Notes: generated by a model not told the origin, from the letters alone. A DNA stretch of 64,000 nt from an uncultured Flavobacteriaceae bacterium (GCA_913030895.1 CAJWGK010000001.1:11138-75137); one strand, 5' to 3'. Counted from the first letter of the stretch, positions 37,493 to 47,422 are shown. Program-made: numbers and translations.

Positions 37493-39406
37493 ATGCTTGA
37501 TGTCCAAAACCTCGGTGTTTCATTTGGTGGCGAAGTGCTTTTCGAAAGCCTCACCTTCAGAATTGGCGTAGGAGATCGCATTGGTCTGATAGGTAAAAAT
37601 GGTGCAGGTAAAAGTACCCTTTTAAAATTATTATCATCGGAAAACAATCCTTCAAATGGAAGTATTTCACTTGAAAAAAACCGCTCTTTAGGCTATTTGC
37701 CCCAGGAGCTTGAGGTTGAAAATCATAGAACAGTTATAGAAGAGACCTATCAAGCTTTCCCAGAGCTTCTAAAGAATCAATCTCGCCAAGACGAAATTAG
37801 CGAATTGCTCAACACCCGAACCGACTATGAAAGTGATACTTATCAAGGATTGATTCAGGAGTTGAGTGATCTTGGTACAACATTCGAGCTTGCAGGAGGC
37901 TATCAATACAAAGCTCAAACTGAAAAAATTTTAACAGGATTGGGATTTAATCCTGATGACTTTGATCGACTTACTGCTACATTCTCAGGAGGATGGCGAA
38001 TGAGAATTGAACTGGCAAAGATTTTATTAAAATCTCACGATATAATCCTTTTGGATGAGCCAACTAATCATTTGGATATTGATTCGATAGAATGGCTGGA
38101 ACAATTTCTAATGAGATTCAAAGGTGCTGTAGTCTTAGTATCTCACGACATTATGTTTCTAGATCAAGTTACTAACCGAACCATTGAGATTGTTAACAGG
38201 AGACATTTTGATTTAAAAAAGTCCTACACTCCTTTTATGTCCTTGAGAGGTGAGATGCGAGCCCAACAGCAGGCAGCGCAGAAAAATCAGGAGAAACAAA
38301 TCCAACAGACTGAAAAGCTCATTGAACGCTTTAGGGCAAAAGCATCTAAAGCTACTATGGCACAGTCACTTGTGAAAAAACTTGAAAAAGTCGAGCGTAT
38401 AGAAGTTGATGCTGAGCAAACTGAGGTAATGAAATTAAAATTTCCCGTGGCCATTCAACCCGGTAAAATGATTTTTGAAACCAATAACTTAGGAAAGAGT
38501 TACGGTGAAAAGCAAGTACTCAATCATGTTGATCTTTATGTTGAAAGAGGGACGAAATTGGCTTTTGTTGGTCAAAACGGTCAGGGAAAATCTACCCTTG
38601 CTAAGTTGCTCGTAGGTGATATCGAGGGAAATGGAGGGTTGCGTTTGGGACACAATGTAAAGATTGGCTATTTTGCACAAAACCAATCTGAAACCCTGGC
38701 AGCTTCAAAAACCGTATTAAACACAGTTCAGGATGCAGCGACCAATGAGAATCGAAGTTCTGTAAGAGATTTACTGGGCGCTTTTTTGTTCAGAGGTGAT
38801 GATGTTGATAAAAAAGTTAGTGTCCTCTCTGGAGGGGAACGCAATCGTCTAGCACTTTGTAAACTATTACTTCAGCCCTTCAACATCCTCGTGATGGACG
38901 AGCCAACCAACCATTTGGATATTCAGTCAAAGCACATCTTAAAGGAGGCCTTAATGAATTTTGAAGGCACTTTAATATTGGTATCACACGACAGAGATTT
39001 TCTCTCTGGATTGTGCAATCAGGTGTTGGAATTTAAAGATGGTAAAACCAAACTTTTTTTGGATGACGTAAACACTTATTTAGAGAATAAAAAACTTAAC
39101 TCCCTAAAAGAGCTTGAAAAAACCCAAAAGAAAAATAAAAGTTCAAACCCGATTAAAGTTTCTGACTATGCGTTACAGAAAAAAGAAAAATCTTTAAAAA
39201 ACAAGCTCAGTAAATTAGAAGCTAAAATTTCTAATTTGGAGCAAGAAATAAAGGTAATTGATTTAGAATTAGAAATAAATTATGACCAGACCATCAGCGC
39301 ACCGAACTTTTTTGACAGCTACCAAGAAAAGAAAAGAGTACTTGTCGATCACATGGAAACTTGGGAACAGTTGGTGGCGGAAATAGAAAATTTAAATCAA
39401 AACTAA
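37493..39406 (+). CDS. ABC-F family ATPase (two ABC domains, no TM), with C-terminal coiled-coil
   Basis: Two Walker A motifs ('GKNGAGKST', 'GQNGQGKST'), two signatures ('FSGGWRMR', 'LSGGERNR'), and an inter-domain linker rich in Q/K. Confidence 0.92.
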   Translation: MLDVQNLGVSFGGEVLFESLTFRIGVGDRIGLIGKNGAGKSTLLKLLSSENNPSNGSISLEKNRSLGYLPQELEVENHRTVIEETYQAFPELLKNQSRQDEISELLNTRTDYESDTYQGLIQELSDLGTTFELAGGYQYKAQTEKILTGLGFNPDDFDRLTATFSGGWRMRIELAKILLKSHDIILLDEPTNHLDIDSIEWLEQFLMRFKGAVVLVSHDIMFLDQVTNRTIEIVNRRHFDLKKSYTPFMSLRGEMRAQQQAAQKNQEKQIQQTEKLIERFRAKASKATMAQSLVKKLEKVERIEVDAEQTEVMKLKFPVAIQPGKMIFETNNLGKSYGEKQVLNHVDLYVERGTKLAFVGQNGQGKSTLAKLLVGDIEGNGGLRLGHNVKIGYFAQNQSETLAASKTVLNTVQDAATNENRSSVRDLLGAFLFRGDDVDKKVSVLSGGERNRLALCKLLLQPFNILVMDEPTNHLDIQSKHILKEALMNFEGTLILVSHDRDFLSGLCNQVLEFKDGKTKLFLDDVNTYLENKKLNSLKELEKTQKKNKSSNPIKVSDYALQKKEKSLKNKLSKLEAKISNLEQEIKVIDLELEINYDQTISAPNFFDSYQEKKRVLVDHMETWEQLVAEIENLNQN

Positions 39407-39594
39407 TGTTCGAGCACTTTTTTCAATGTCCATACTGTTGGGAAGATATTTCTATGCTTTTAGACACCTCGCTAACTAGTACAGCATATGTTGAAGACTG
39501 TGAGATTTGCTGTAACCCAATTAATATTAATTACGGTTTTCAAGATCAAAGCCTAACTCATTTTGAAGCGAATAATTTGGAAAACGATTATTAG
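39406..39594 (+). CDS. CPXCG-motif cysteine-rich mini-protein (zinc-ribbon-like, 62 aa)
   Basis: Taken from the internal Met: 'MFEHFFQCPYCWEDI...EDCEICCNPI'. The start overlaps the ABC-F stop (TAATG). Confidence 0.65.
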   Translation: MFEHFFQCPYCWEDISMLLDTSLTSTAYVEDCEICCNPININYGFQDQSLTHFEANNLENDY

Positions 39595-39595
39595 C

Positions 39596-40528
39596 CTACA
39601 GTGTTTGTAAGTAACGTTCGGCATCGAGTGCTGCCATACATCCAGTTCCTGCTGCTGTCACTGCTTGTCGGTATTCTTTATCTTGGACATCTCCTGAGGC
39701 GAAAACTCCTGGTACATTCGTCTTAGTCGATTTTCCGTGTGTAATCAAATAACCGTCAGCATCCATATCCAGTTGACCTTCAAAAATTTCTGTATTCGGT
39801 TTGTGACCAATAGCGATGAAAAGTCCTGTGATATCTATTTCTTCTTTTTCACCTGTTTGGTTATTGAAAATTCTTAGGCCCTCAACCACCTGTTCACCCA
39901 AAACTTCATCAATTTCGTGATTATAACGCAAATCGATATTGGGCGTATTGGTCACCCTGTGCTGCATAGCTTTTGAGGCACGCATTTCATTTTTTCTTAC
40001 CAACATGGTTACCTTTGAACAGATGTTTGCCAAATAAGTTGCTTCCTCTGCAGCAGTGTCTCCACCACCTACGATAGCAACCTCCTGACCTTTGTAGAAA
40101 AAACCATCGCAAACAGCACATGCAGAAACACCTCCACCACGAAGACGTTGTTCACTTGGCAAGCCGAGATATTTAGCAGTTGCACCAGTACTGATGATTA
40201 TTGATTGGGCGTGAATCTCCGTGCCATTTTCTACATAAGCCTTGTGAATTCCACCTACTTTATCGGAAAACTGAATCTTGTTTATATGTCCAATCCTCAC
40301 TTCTGTTCCAAAACGCTCAGCCTGTTTTTGCAACTCCACCATCATCGTCGGGCCATCAACCCCATCGGGATATCCAGGAAAATTATCTACTTCTGTGGTA
40401 GTTGTAAGCTGACCCCCAGGTTCCATTCCTGTATATAATAGTGGTTTTAAATCTGCTCTTGCGGCATAAATTGCGGCAGTATAGCCCGCTGGACCGCTTC
40501 CAATAATTAAGGTTTTTACTTTTTCCAT
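39596..40528 (-). CDS. trxB: Thioredoxin-disulfide reductase
   Basis: 'IIGSGPAGYTAAIYAAR', redox-active 'CAVCDG', and 'GGGDTAAEEA'. Confidence 0.96.
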   Translation of the reverse strand: MEKVKTLIIGSGPAGYTAAIYAARADLKPLLYTGMEPGGQLTTTTEVDNFPGYPDGVDGPTMMVELQKQAERFGTEVRIGHINKIQFSDKVGGIHKAYVENGTEIHAQSIIISTGATAKYLGLPSEQRLRGGGVSACAVCDGFFYKGQEVAIVGGGDTAAEEATYLANICSKVTMLVRKNEMRASKAMQHRVTNTPNIDLRYNHEIDEVLGEQVVEGLRIFNNQTGEKEEIDITGLFIAIGHKPNTEIFEGQLDMDADGYLITHGKSTKTNVPGVFASGDVQDKEYRQAVTAAGTGCMAALDAERYLQTL

Positions 40529-40535
40529 ACAATTA

Positions 40536-40543
40536 CAAAAGTA
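40536..40543 (-). promoter_or_regulatory. Candidate -7 promoter box (TACTTTTG) for trxB, only 7 nt from the ATG
   Basis: Minus-strand TAnnTTTG match immediately upstream of the start codon. Confidence 0.35.
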
Positions 40544-40683
40544 AATCCAATTTAGAGTAAATAAAAATATTAGTTAATATCTAATGATAAGTCGAATCAT
40601 AAAACATTTGAGATATTTTTTGTTCATTTGAAAAAAATCACCATTTTGGAAAAAAGGATATTTTTAGTAACTGAGCAGACCTT

Positions 40684-42150
40684 ATGACCACAAAAAATAT
40701 TGGCCTTTATGCAGGTCCTGTTTTATTTTTTTTGACCCTTTTCTTTTTTCACCCGCCTGGATTAAGTGACGAATCAAATGCTGTACTAGCATCGACTATT
40801 TGGATCGCCTTGTGGTGGATTACCGAGGCGCTTCCGATTGCTGTTACCGCGCTTTTACCTATCGTTCTCTTTCCTCTTACTGGTGGTATGGATCTGGCAC
40901 TTGCCACAAGTTCATATGGACATAAGTTTGTTTTTCTAATTATGGGAGGGTTTATTATAGCCATAGCGATAGAAAAATGGAATTTACACAAGCGGATTGC
41001 TTTAAATATAATTTACTTCATCGGAACGGATGTAAAAAGAATTATTCTAGGCTTTATGGTTGCTACAGCTTTTTTATCCATGTGGATTTCCAATACCGCA
41101 ACTACGGTAATGATGCTCCCTATTGGAATTGTGATCATTAAACAATTAAAGGATAACCCTTTAACTGCGGATAGTGAAAATTTAATTTTCGGTAAGGCTT
41201 TGATGTTGTCAATCGCTTACAGCGCATCTATCGGAGGAATTGCTACCCTGATTGGTACACCTCCAAATATGGTAATGGCTGGGGTGATCTCTCAAGCATA
41301 CGATTATGAAATTTCTTTTTTGGAGTGGTTTGTTTTTGGCTTTCCGCTGATGGTCCTACTACTTTTTATTTGTTGGTGGTATCTTACCCGTTGGGCTTTT
41401 TCATTCAAGCAAACTAGCTTTCTGGGAGGGAGAACGGAGATTGCCAAATTGCGAAATGAATTAGGAGCGATAACCTATGAACAAAAGGCTGTAGCCATCG
41501 TCTTTGCTTTAGCCGGTATAAGCTGGATTTCAAGGTCTTTTATAATTCAAAAAATCTTCCCCGCCATTGACGACACAATAATCGCAATTCTATTTTCGTT
41601 GGTGCTTTTTGTCCTTAACACCAAAAATAAAAATGAAAAAATCATGAATTGGAAAGAGGCCGTTAAAATGCCTTGGGGCATACTTCTACTCTATGGAGGG
41701 GGGATGTCACTTGCCAAAGCATTTGAAACGAGTGGTTTGGCTGTTTGGATTGGCGCTCAAATATCAGCCTTTGGTGTTTTTCATTTACTGATATTATTGA
41801 TTTTACTGATTGCAGCCATTAATTTTCTGACCGAGGTCACTTCAAATTTAGCCACTACCGCAATGCTTTTACCCATACTTGCTCCAATAGCTTTAGAGTT
41901 TGATTTGCATCCATTTATTCTAATGGCAGCGGCAGCTGTTGCAGCCTCGTGTGCATTTATGTTACCCGTGGCAACGCCTCCTAATGCAATTGTTTTTGGC
42001 TCAGGTTATCTACGTGTTCCAGATATGGTTAAAAAAGGATTTTTCCTCAATCTAATCTCGATTATTATCATTGCCCTTGCTGTGTATTTTTTATTACCTG
42101 TAATTTGGGATATTGTACCTGATAAATTTCCAAAGGAAATTTTAGATTAA
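40684..42150 (+). CDS. DASS/SLC13-family anion:sodium symporter (sulfate/di-tricarboxylate type)
   Basis: 488-aa polytopic protein with two 'SNTAT'/'SNLATT' hairpin motifs ('MWISNTATTVMMLPI', 'VTSNLATTAMLLPI'). Confidence 0.8.
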   Translation: MTTKNIGLYAGPVLFFLTLFFFHPPGLSDESNAVLASTIWIALWWITEALPIAVTALLPIVLFPLTGGMDLALATSSYGHKFVFLIMGGFIIAIAIEKWNLHKRIALNIIYFIGTDVKRIILGFMVATAFLSMWISNTATTVMMLPIGIVIIKQLKDNPLTADSENLIFGKALMLSIAYSASIGGIATLIGTPPNMVMAGVISQAYDYEISFLEWFVFGFPLMVLLLFICWWYLTRWAFSFKQTSFLGGRTEIAKLRNELGAITYEQKAVAIVFALAGISWISRSFIIQKIFPAIDDTIIAILFSLVLFVLNTKNKNEKIMNWKEAVKMPWGILLLYGGGMSLAKAFETSGLAVWIGAQISAFGVFHLLILLILLIAAINFLTEVTSNLATTAMLLPILAPIALEFDLHPFILMAAAAVAASCAFMLPVATPPNAIVFGSGYLRVPDMVKKGFFLNLISIIIIALAVYFLLPVIWDIVPDKFPKEILD

Positions 42151-43293
42151 GTTTTTCTTTAAATCTGAGGTCTTTTCACAGCACATTTGTTCCATAACTT
42201 GTTTGAGTTGCGCTTTTAAGATCGATATCGTATGATCTCCGCCTTTTCTGCCAAGGGCTGACACACCATACATGAAACTTCGACCCAAAAAAGTAAATTC
42301 CGCTCCCGATGCAAGAGCCCTACTTACGTCAGCGCCTCCGCGGATTCCACTGTCCATCATCACTTTAATTTTATCAGTGTACTTTGGAGCAATCGATTGA
42401 AGTGAGGAAACCGTAGCTTGTCCTATATCTACTTGTCTTCCACCATGATTTGAGATAATAATACCATCCAGACCTAATCTGATTGCTGTTTCAACATCTT
42501 TTATTGATTCAACACCTTTTATAACCAGTTTACCCTTCCATTGATCTCTAAGTCTTTTAACTTTTTCTTCGTTAAGCCTTCCCTCAAAAGTATCATTCAT
42601 AAACTTTCCGAGTTGACTTAAATTGAGGTTTTTAGGCATATAGGGTTTAAGCATTTCAAAGTTGGGTTGACCATTAATCAACGTCTTCATTGCCCATTGA
42701 GGACGCCTCATTACTCTAAGTATATTCTGTAATGTCATTCTCGGGGGCATTGAAAGTCCGTTTCGAATGTCTCTCGGACGGTATCCAAAAGATGGAACGT
42801 CAGAAAGTATGACTAGAACAGGACAACCAGCAGCATCAATTCTATTTATAATGTCCGTTGTCACTTTATTATCAGCTGGGTGATAAAGTTGGAACCAAGC
42901 CTTACCTTCGGTTATTTCCGCTATTTTCTCATAACTAGCAGTACTTACTGTGCTTAGAACAAATGGAATATTGTGATCAAATGCTGCTTTGGCGAGTATC
43001 TCAGGTGACTTGGGCCACATCAAACCCTGAAGTCCCACAGGGGCAATTCCAAAAGGAGCATCATATTGTTGACCAAAAAGCGATGTTTTTAAATCAGCCC
43101 CCGAAAAAGGGACCAGATACCTTGGCTTCAACTCTATTTTACGCAGCTCGTTGGTATTTTTATACAAACTGATGTCTTCATTGCATCCACCATCTAAATA
43201 TTCAAAAGCGAATTTTGGAATTTGCTTTTGGGCTTTAGCTCTTAAATCTTCAATCGAGGGGTAGCGCGGGTTGTATTGAATTGGTTTTGCCAA
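42142..43293 (-). CDS. FMN-dependent alpha-hydroxy-acid dehydrogenase/oxidase (LldD-like)
   Basis: 'ISNHGGRQVD' active-site motif. 'DSGIRGGADVSRALASGA' is the FMN-phosphate binding region. Confidence 0.85.
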   Translation of the reverse strand: MAKPIQYNPRYPSIEDLRAKAQKQIPKFAFEYLDGGCNEDISLYKNTNELRKIELKPRYLVPFSGADLKTSLFGQQYDAPFGIAPVGLQGLMWPKSPEILAKAAFDHNIPFVLSTVSTASYEKIAEITEGKAWFQLYHPADNKVTTDIINRIDAAGCPVLVILSDVPSFGYRPRDIRNGLSMPPRMTLQNILRVMRRPQWAMKTLINGQPNFEMLKPYMPKNLNLSQLGKFMNDTFEGRLNEEKVKRLRDQWKGKLVIKGVESIKDVETAIRLGLDGIIISNHGGRQVDIGQATVSSLQSIAPKYTDKIKVMMDSGIRGGADVSRALASGAEFTFLGRSFMYGVSALGRKGGDHTISILKAQLKQVMEQMCCEKTSDLKKNLI

Positions 43294-43383
43294 CAGTTAT
43301 AAGTTTAGTTCTTAATTTTTATAAAGATAATCAAAAGTGAACCACAACAAACCTTGTTGGAATGTGCTCTAAATTAAAAACTT

Positions 43384-43593
43384 TTATTTCAATGATTTTT
43401 CTCTTTCCATTGCATTTTTTTTTAGTATTAAAAAATTCAACGTGTATTACTTTCCAAGGACGATAGTGAATTGAGTACCCTTTTTTACCAAAAAGTTATG
43501 AGAATAAAATCGCTGAATTAAGTTGGAGGTATATCCAATATAAATTTTTTCAAACTTAGAACTTTACAAAATATAAACTACAAACTCATTCAT
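43384..43593 (-). pseudogene. Decayed GIY-YIG nuclease-family gene (in-frame stops at 43564-43566 and 43447-43449)
   Basis: Hand translation of the minus strand gives 'MNEFVVYIL*SSKFEKIYIGYTSNLIQRFYSHNFLVKKGTQFTIVLGK*YTLNFLILKKNAMEREKSLK*'. The (G)VY-YIG...R...HN pattern of small GIY-YIG proteins is obvious. Confidence 0.7.
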
Positions 43594-43600
43594 TGGGGTA

Positions 43601-43626
43601 TAAAAAACCCTTCTAAAAGAAGGGTT
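43601..43626 (-). terminator. Intrinsic terminator downstream of tRNA-Met
   Basis: 8-bp stem AACCCTTC/GAAGGGTT with a 5-nt loop. The A6 tract on the plus strand is a T-tract on the minus strand. Confidence 0.75.
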
Positions 43627-43630
43627 GTTG

Positions 43631-43703
<73 letters not shown>

Positions 43704-43760
43704 ATAAGAATGCAAATTTACAAAAATTATAGCCTTTCTCCAAGGCTAACCCAAACATTG

Positions 43761-43768
43761 TATCTTTG
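43761..43768 (+). promoter_or_regulatory. Candidate -7 promoter box (TATCTTTG) for era, 4 nt from the ATG
   Basis: TAnnTTTG match. The spacing implies a leaderless or near-leaderless mRNA. Confidence 0.35.
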
Positions 43769-43772
43769 TTTA

Positions 43773-44663
43773 ATGTCCAAAACTCCTCATAAATCAGGTT
43801 ATGTTTCTATAGTAGGTAATCCCAATGTTGGTAAATCCACGTTGGTCAATGCTTTAATGGGAAAAGACTTAACCATCACGACACCCAAGGTACAGACTAC
43901 CAGACATCGTATTTTAGGCTTAATCAATGGAGAAAATTATCAGTTGGTTCTATCTGATACTCCGGGTATCATTCAACCAGCCTACGAGATGCAAAATTCA
44001 ATGATGGATTTTGTGAAGGAATCCCTAGTCGATGCAGATGTTCTGATTTACATGATTTCTATTGAAGAGGAAGAAACCAACGACGAAATGTTATTAGAAA
44101 AAATCAAAAAAGCTAAAATTCCGCTTTTGGTATTGATTAATAAAATTGATATATCAAATCAAAAAGATTTGGAGGGTGTAGTTACCCACTGGGCTAAAGT
44201 TTTTCCTACGGCCAAAATCATCCCCATTTCTGCACTTACCGGTTTTTTTGTCCAAGAGTTACTTCAGATACTCCTTGAGCTAATCCCTGAATCGCCTCCC
44301 TACTTCCCTAAAGATCAACTCTCTGATAAGCCTGAACGTTTTTTTGTCAATGAGGCTGTCAGAAAGAATATTTTACAACACTACGATAAAGAAGTGCCCT
44401 ATGCTGTTGAGGTCATTACTGAATCCTTTAAGGAGGAAGAGACGATTATTAGAATAAGGTCAGTAATACTGGTTGAGCGAAACACCCAAAAAGGAATCAT
44501 TATTGGTCATAAGGGTGAACAGCTTAAAAAAGTTGGTACCAGTGCTAGAAAAGACCTCCAGTCATTTTTTGGAAAGAAAATTCATCTTGAACTTTTTGTC
44601 AAAGTTGAAAAAAATTGGCGATCCAATCCAAAACAATTAAAACGTTTTGGCTATCAGAATTAA
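43773..44663 (+). CDS. era: GTPase Era
   Basis: Taken from the internal Met: 'MSKTPHKSGYVSIVGNPNVGKST', 'DTPG', 'NKID', and a C-terminal KH domain ('IIGHKGEQLKKVG'). Confidence 0.95.
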   Translation: MSKTPHKSGYVSIVGNPNVGKSTLVNALMGKDLTITTPKVQTTRHRILGLINGENYQLVLSDTPGIIQPAYEMQNSMMDFVKESLVDADVLIYMISIEEEETNDEMLLEKIKKAKIPLLVLINKIDISNQKDLEGVVTHWAKVFPTAKIIPISALTGFFVQELLQILLELIPESPPYFPKDQLSDKPERFFVNEAVRKNILQHYDKEVPYAVEVITESFKEEETIIRIRSVILVERNTQKGIIIGHKGEQLKKVGTSARKDLQSFFGKKIHLELFVKVEKNWRSNPKQLKRFGYQN

Positions 44664-44692
44664 ACTACCACACGATTCCCGCATAATTCCCT

Positions 44693-44700
44693 TACTTTTG
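44693..44700 (+). promoter_or_regulatory. Candidate -7 promoter box (TACTTTTG) for der
   Basis: TAnnTTTG match 18 nt upstream of the GTG start at 44718. Confidence 0.35.
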
Positions 44701-44717
44701 CAGTCAAATAAATTTAA

Positions 44718-46022
44718 GTGGGAGGGATTGTTGCCATAGTAGGAAGACCCAATGTTGGAAAATCAACTTTTTTTAATCGTTTGATTAAAAAGAGAGAGGC
44801 GATCGTTGACGCGATAAGTGGTGTTACTAGAGATCGTCATTACGGAAAATCAGACTGGAATGGTGTAGAATTTACCCTAATAGATACAGGAGGATACGTA
44901 GAGGGCAGTGATGACATCTTTCAAAAAGAAATTGATAAACAAGTTAATCTTGCCATTGAGGAAGCTGATGCTATCCTTTTTATGGTCGATTTGGAAGATG
45001 GAATTACAGGTATGGATGAAACCATAGCGCAATTACTCCGCCGATCTCATAAACCGATTTTTTTGACTGCCAACAAAGGGGATAATGCCAAAAGGCAACA
45101 GAATACGATTGAGTTTTATGCCTTAGGCTATGAAAATATATATTCCGTCTCCGCAATCAATGGGAGTGGGACTGGAGAACTGTTGGACGAATTGGTTAAA
45201 GTCCTTCCTCAAGACGGAGAAAAACCCGAAGATGAACTACCCCGATTTGCTGTAGTAGGACGGCCCAATGCTGGAAAATCGTCATTCATTAATGCATTAA
45301 TTGGAGAAGATCGCTATATCGTTACCGATATTGCTGGAACAACTAGAGATAGTATTGACACCAAATACAACCGTTTTGGCTTTGAGTTTAATCTCGTAGA
45401 TACAGCAGGGATCAGAAAGAAAAGCAAGGTTAAAGAGGATATAGAATTCTATTCCGTAATGCGTTCCGTAAGAGCAATTGAGTACTGTGACGTATGTTTA
45501 CTTTTGGTAGATGCTACTCGGGGATTTGATGGGCAAGTTCAAAATATATTTTGGCTCGCTCATAGAAATAATAAAGGGGTAATAATTCTGGTTAATAAAT
45601 GGGATTTGGTCGAAAAAGAAACTTTATCTACCAAGATCTTTGAAGAACAGATTAGAGAAAAAATAGCACCTTTTACAGATGTTCCTATCGTTTTTATTTC
45701 AGCATCAAACAAACAGCGAATTTTCAAGGCGATTGAAACCGCTGTTACCGTTTTCAAAAACCGTTCAAATCGAATCCCAACCCGAAAGCTTAATGATATA
45801 CTACTTCCAATTATAGAAGCTCAGCCCCCCCCGTCTTTGAAAGGGAAATACGTTAAAATTAAATTTTGTACGCAATTACCTACACCTCATCCGCAGTTTG
45901 CTTTTTTCTGTAACCTTCCACAATACGTCAAAGATCCTTACAAAAGATTTCTAGAAAAGAAAATAAGGGAACAATATGATTATAACGGAGTACCAATTCA
46001 GTTATTTTTCAGAAAAAAATAA
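44718..46022 (+). CDS. der: Ribosome-biogenesis GTPase Der (EngA), GTG start
   Basis: Two tandem G domains ('GRPNVGKST'...'DTGG'...'NKGD' and 'GRPNAGKSS'...'DTAG'...'NKWD') plus a KH-like C-terminus. Confidence 0.96.
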   Translation: MGGIVAIVGRPNVGKSTFFNRLIKKREAIVDAISGVTRDRHYGKSDWNGVEFTLIDTGGYVEGSDDIFQKEIDKQVNLAIEEADAILFMVDLEDGITGMDETIAQLLRRSHKPIFLTANKGDNAKRQQNTIEFYALGYENIYSVSAINGSGTGELLDELVKVLPQDGEKPEDELPRFAVVGRPNAGKSSFINALIGEDRYIVTDIAGTTRDSIDTKYNRFGFEFNLVDTAGIRKKSKVKEDIEFYSVMRSVRAIEYCDVCLLLVDATRGFDGQVQNIFWLAHRNNKGVIILVNKWDLVEKETLSTKIFEEQIREKIAPFTDVPIVFISASNKQRIFKAIETAVTVFKNRSNRIPTRKLNDILLPIIEAQPPPSLKGKYVKIKFCTQLPTPHPQFAFFCNLPQYVKDPYKRFLEKKIREQYDYNGVPIQLFFRKK

Positions 46023-46023
46023 T

Positions 46024-46353
46024 TTAAAGACTATCTTTCAGCAGCTTTAAATCAGCTTTTAATTTTTCTAGTTTTTGAATAATAATCTGGTTGTCTTCTC
46101 CTGAATATTGTTTGAGTTTTAGCTGTTTTTTAGCCCCCTCTATGGTCAACCCTTTTTCTTTTAGCAAATGGTAAATTTTTTGGATATTTACCACATCCTC
46201 TGGAGTGTATTTTCTAGCACCGCTCTGCTTCTTTTTAGGTTGAATTTCTTTGAATTCCTTTTCCCAAAAACGCAATAAGGAAGTATTTACGTCAAATGCT
46301 TTTGCAATTTCTCCAATGCTGTAATACCTTTTCTCGGGGAGGTTAACGAGCAT
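46024..46353 (-). CDS. MerR-family HTH protein (short, no obvious effector domain)
   Basis: 'YYSIGEIAKAFDVNTSLLRFWEKEF' is a MerR-type HTH. A coiled-coil tail follows. The start overlaps the M23 peptidase stop (TAATG). Confidence 0.75.
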   Translation of the reverse strand: MLVNLPEKRYYSIGEIAKAFDVNTSLLRFWEKEFKEIQPKKKQSGARKYTPEDVVNIQKIYHLLKEKGLTIEGAKKQLKLKQYSGEDNQIIIQKLEKLKADLKLLKDSL

Positions 46354-47330
46354 TAGTCCATGGATTGGTTTTCCTGGTTGGCAAGATTAAGCATGACATC
46401 AAACTCTTCCGCTGTCAAATTACCGGAGTAGTAGTTTAGAGGATTTACCCTTTTGCCATCCTTAAAAATCTCATAGTGTAGGTGCGGCCCTACAGACCGA
46501 CCTGTGCTACCCACATAGCCAATTACATCGCCACGCTTTACCTTTTGTCTTCGTCTTACATTATAGTCGCTCAGGTGAGCATATAGGCTTACATAACCAA
46601 AACCGTGGTCAATACGAATGTGTTTTCCATATCCTGCAGATCGATTATCCGCCCTTCCCACTATTCCATCTCCTGAGGCATATACAGGTGTGCCACGGGT
46701 AGCTGTAAAGTCCATCCCTTGATGGAATCTTCTTTTTTTGGTGAAGGGATCTGTGCGATAGCCAAAACCTGATGCCATACGTTTTAAATCGTTCTTGTGG
46801 ATAGGCTGAATGGAGGGCATTGCACCTAAAAGTTCTTCTTTTCTTTTAGCTAAACTTTCTATTTCTTCAAGTGAACGTGACTGAACAACAACTTGTTTGG
46901 TTAATACCTCCAAACGCTTAGTAGTATTTATGATAAGTTCAGAATTGTCATACCCCTCTAACTCTTTGTAACGATTTACTCCACCAAAACCCATTTTTCT
47001 TTGCTCCTCAGGAATTGGGCTGGCTTCGAAATAAACTCTATATAGGTTGTTATCTCTGTCTTCTAAATTGGCCATAACTTCTACTATTTGCTCAAATTTC
47101 TTATTGAGCAACTCATATTGTAACTCGAAATTCTCAATTTCTCGAGCTTGTAAAAGTTCTTTTGGTGTATTTAATGTATCTGTGTTCAGTAATACAAACA
47201 AGGTGATTAAACCAAAGAAAGTGGAAGCCAACAAAAAAAGAATGAGACTAGAAAAGGCTGCAAAACGTTTTCTTTCAACAGGTAAGTAAGAAAGCGTCTC
47301 TTTGTCGTAATGATATTTAACCTTTGCCAT
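46353..47330 (-). CDS. M23 family metallopeptidase (membrane-anchored, coiled-coil plus LytM domain)
   Basis: N-terminal TM. 'HQGMDF' (HxxxD) and 'GPHLHYEI' (HxH) are LytM motifs. Confidence 0.88.
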   Translation of the reverse strand: MAKVKYHYDKETLSYLPVERKRFAAFSSLILFLLASTFFGLITLFVLLNTDTLNTPKELLQAREIENFELQYELLNKKFEQIVEVMANLEDRDNNLYRVYFEASPIPEEQRKMGFGGVNRYKELEGYDNSELIINTTKRLEVLTKQVVVQSRSLEEIESLAKRKEELLGAMPSIQPIHKNDLKRMASGFGYRTDPFTKKRRFHQGMDFTATRGTPVYASGDGIVGRADNRSAGYGKHIRIDHGFGYVSLYAHLSDYNVRRRQKVKRGDVIGYVGSTGRSVGPHLHYEIFKDGKRVNPLNYYSGNLTAEEFDVMLNLANQENQSMD

Positions 47331-47422
47331 TGGTAATACGCTTAAAGTTATATTTCATTCAAAAACTTGAACAAATATACTAAATATATAAAATCCACCC
47401 TTCCCAGATTGATTTTATAGGC

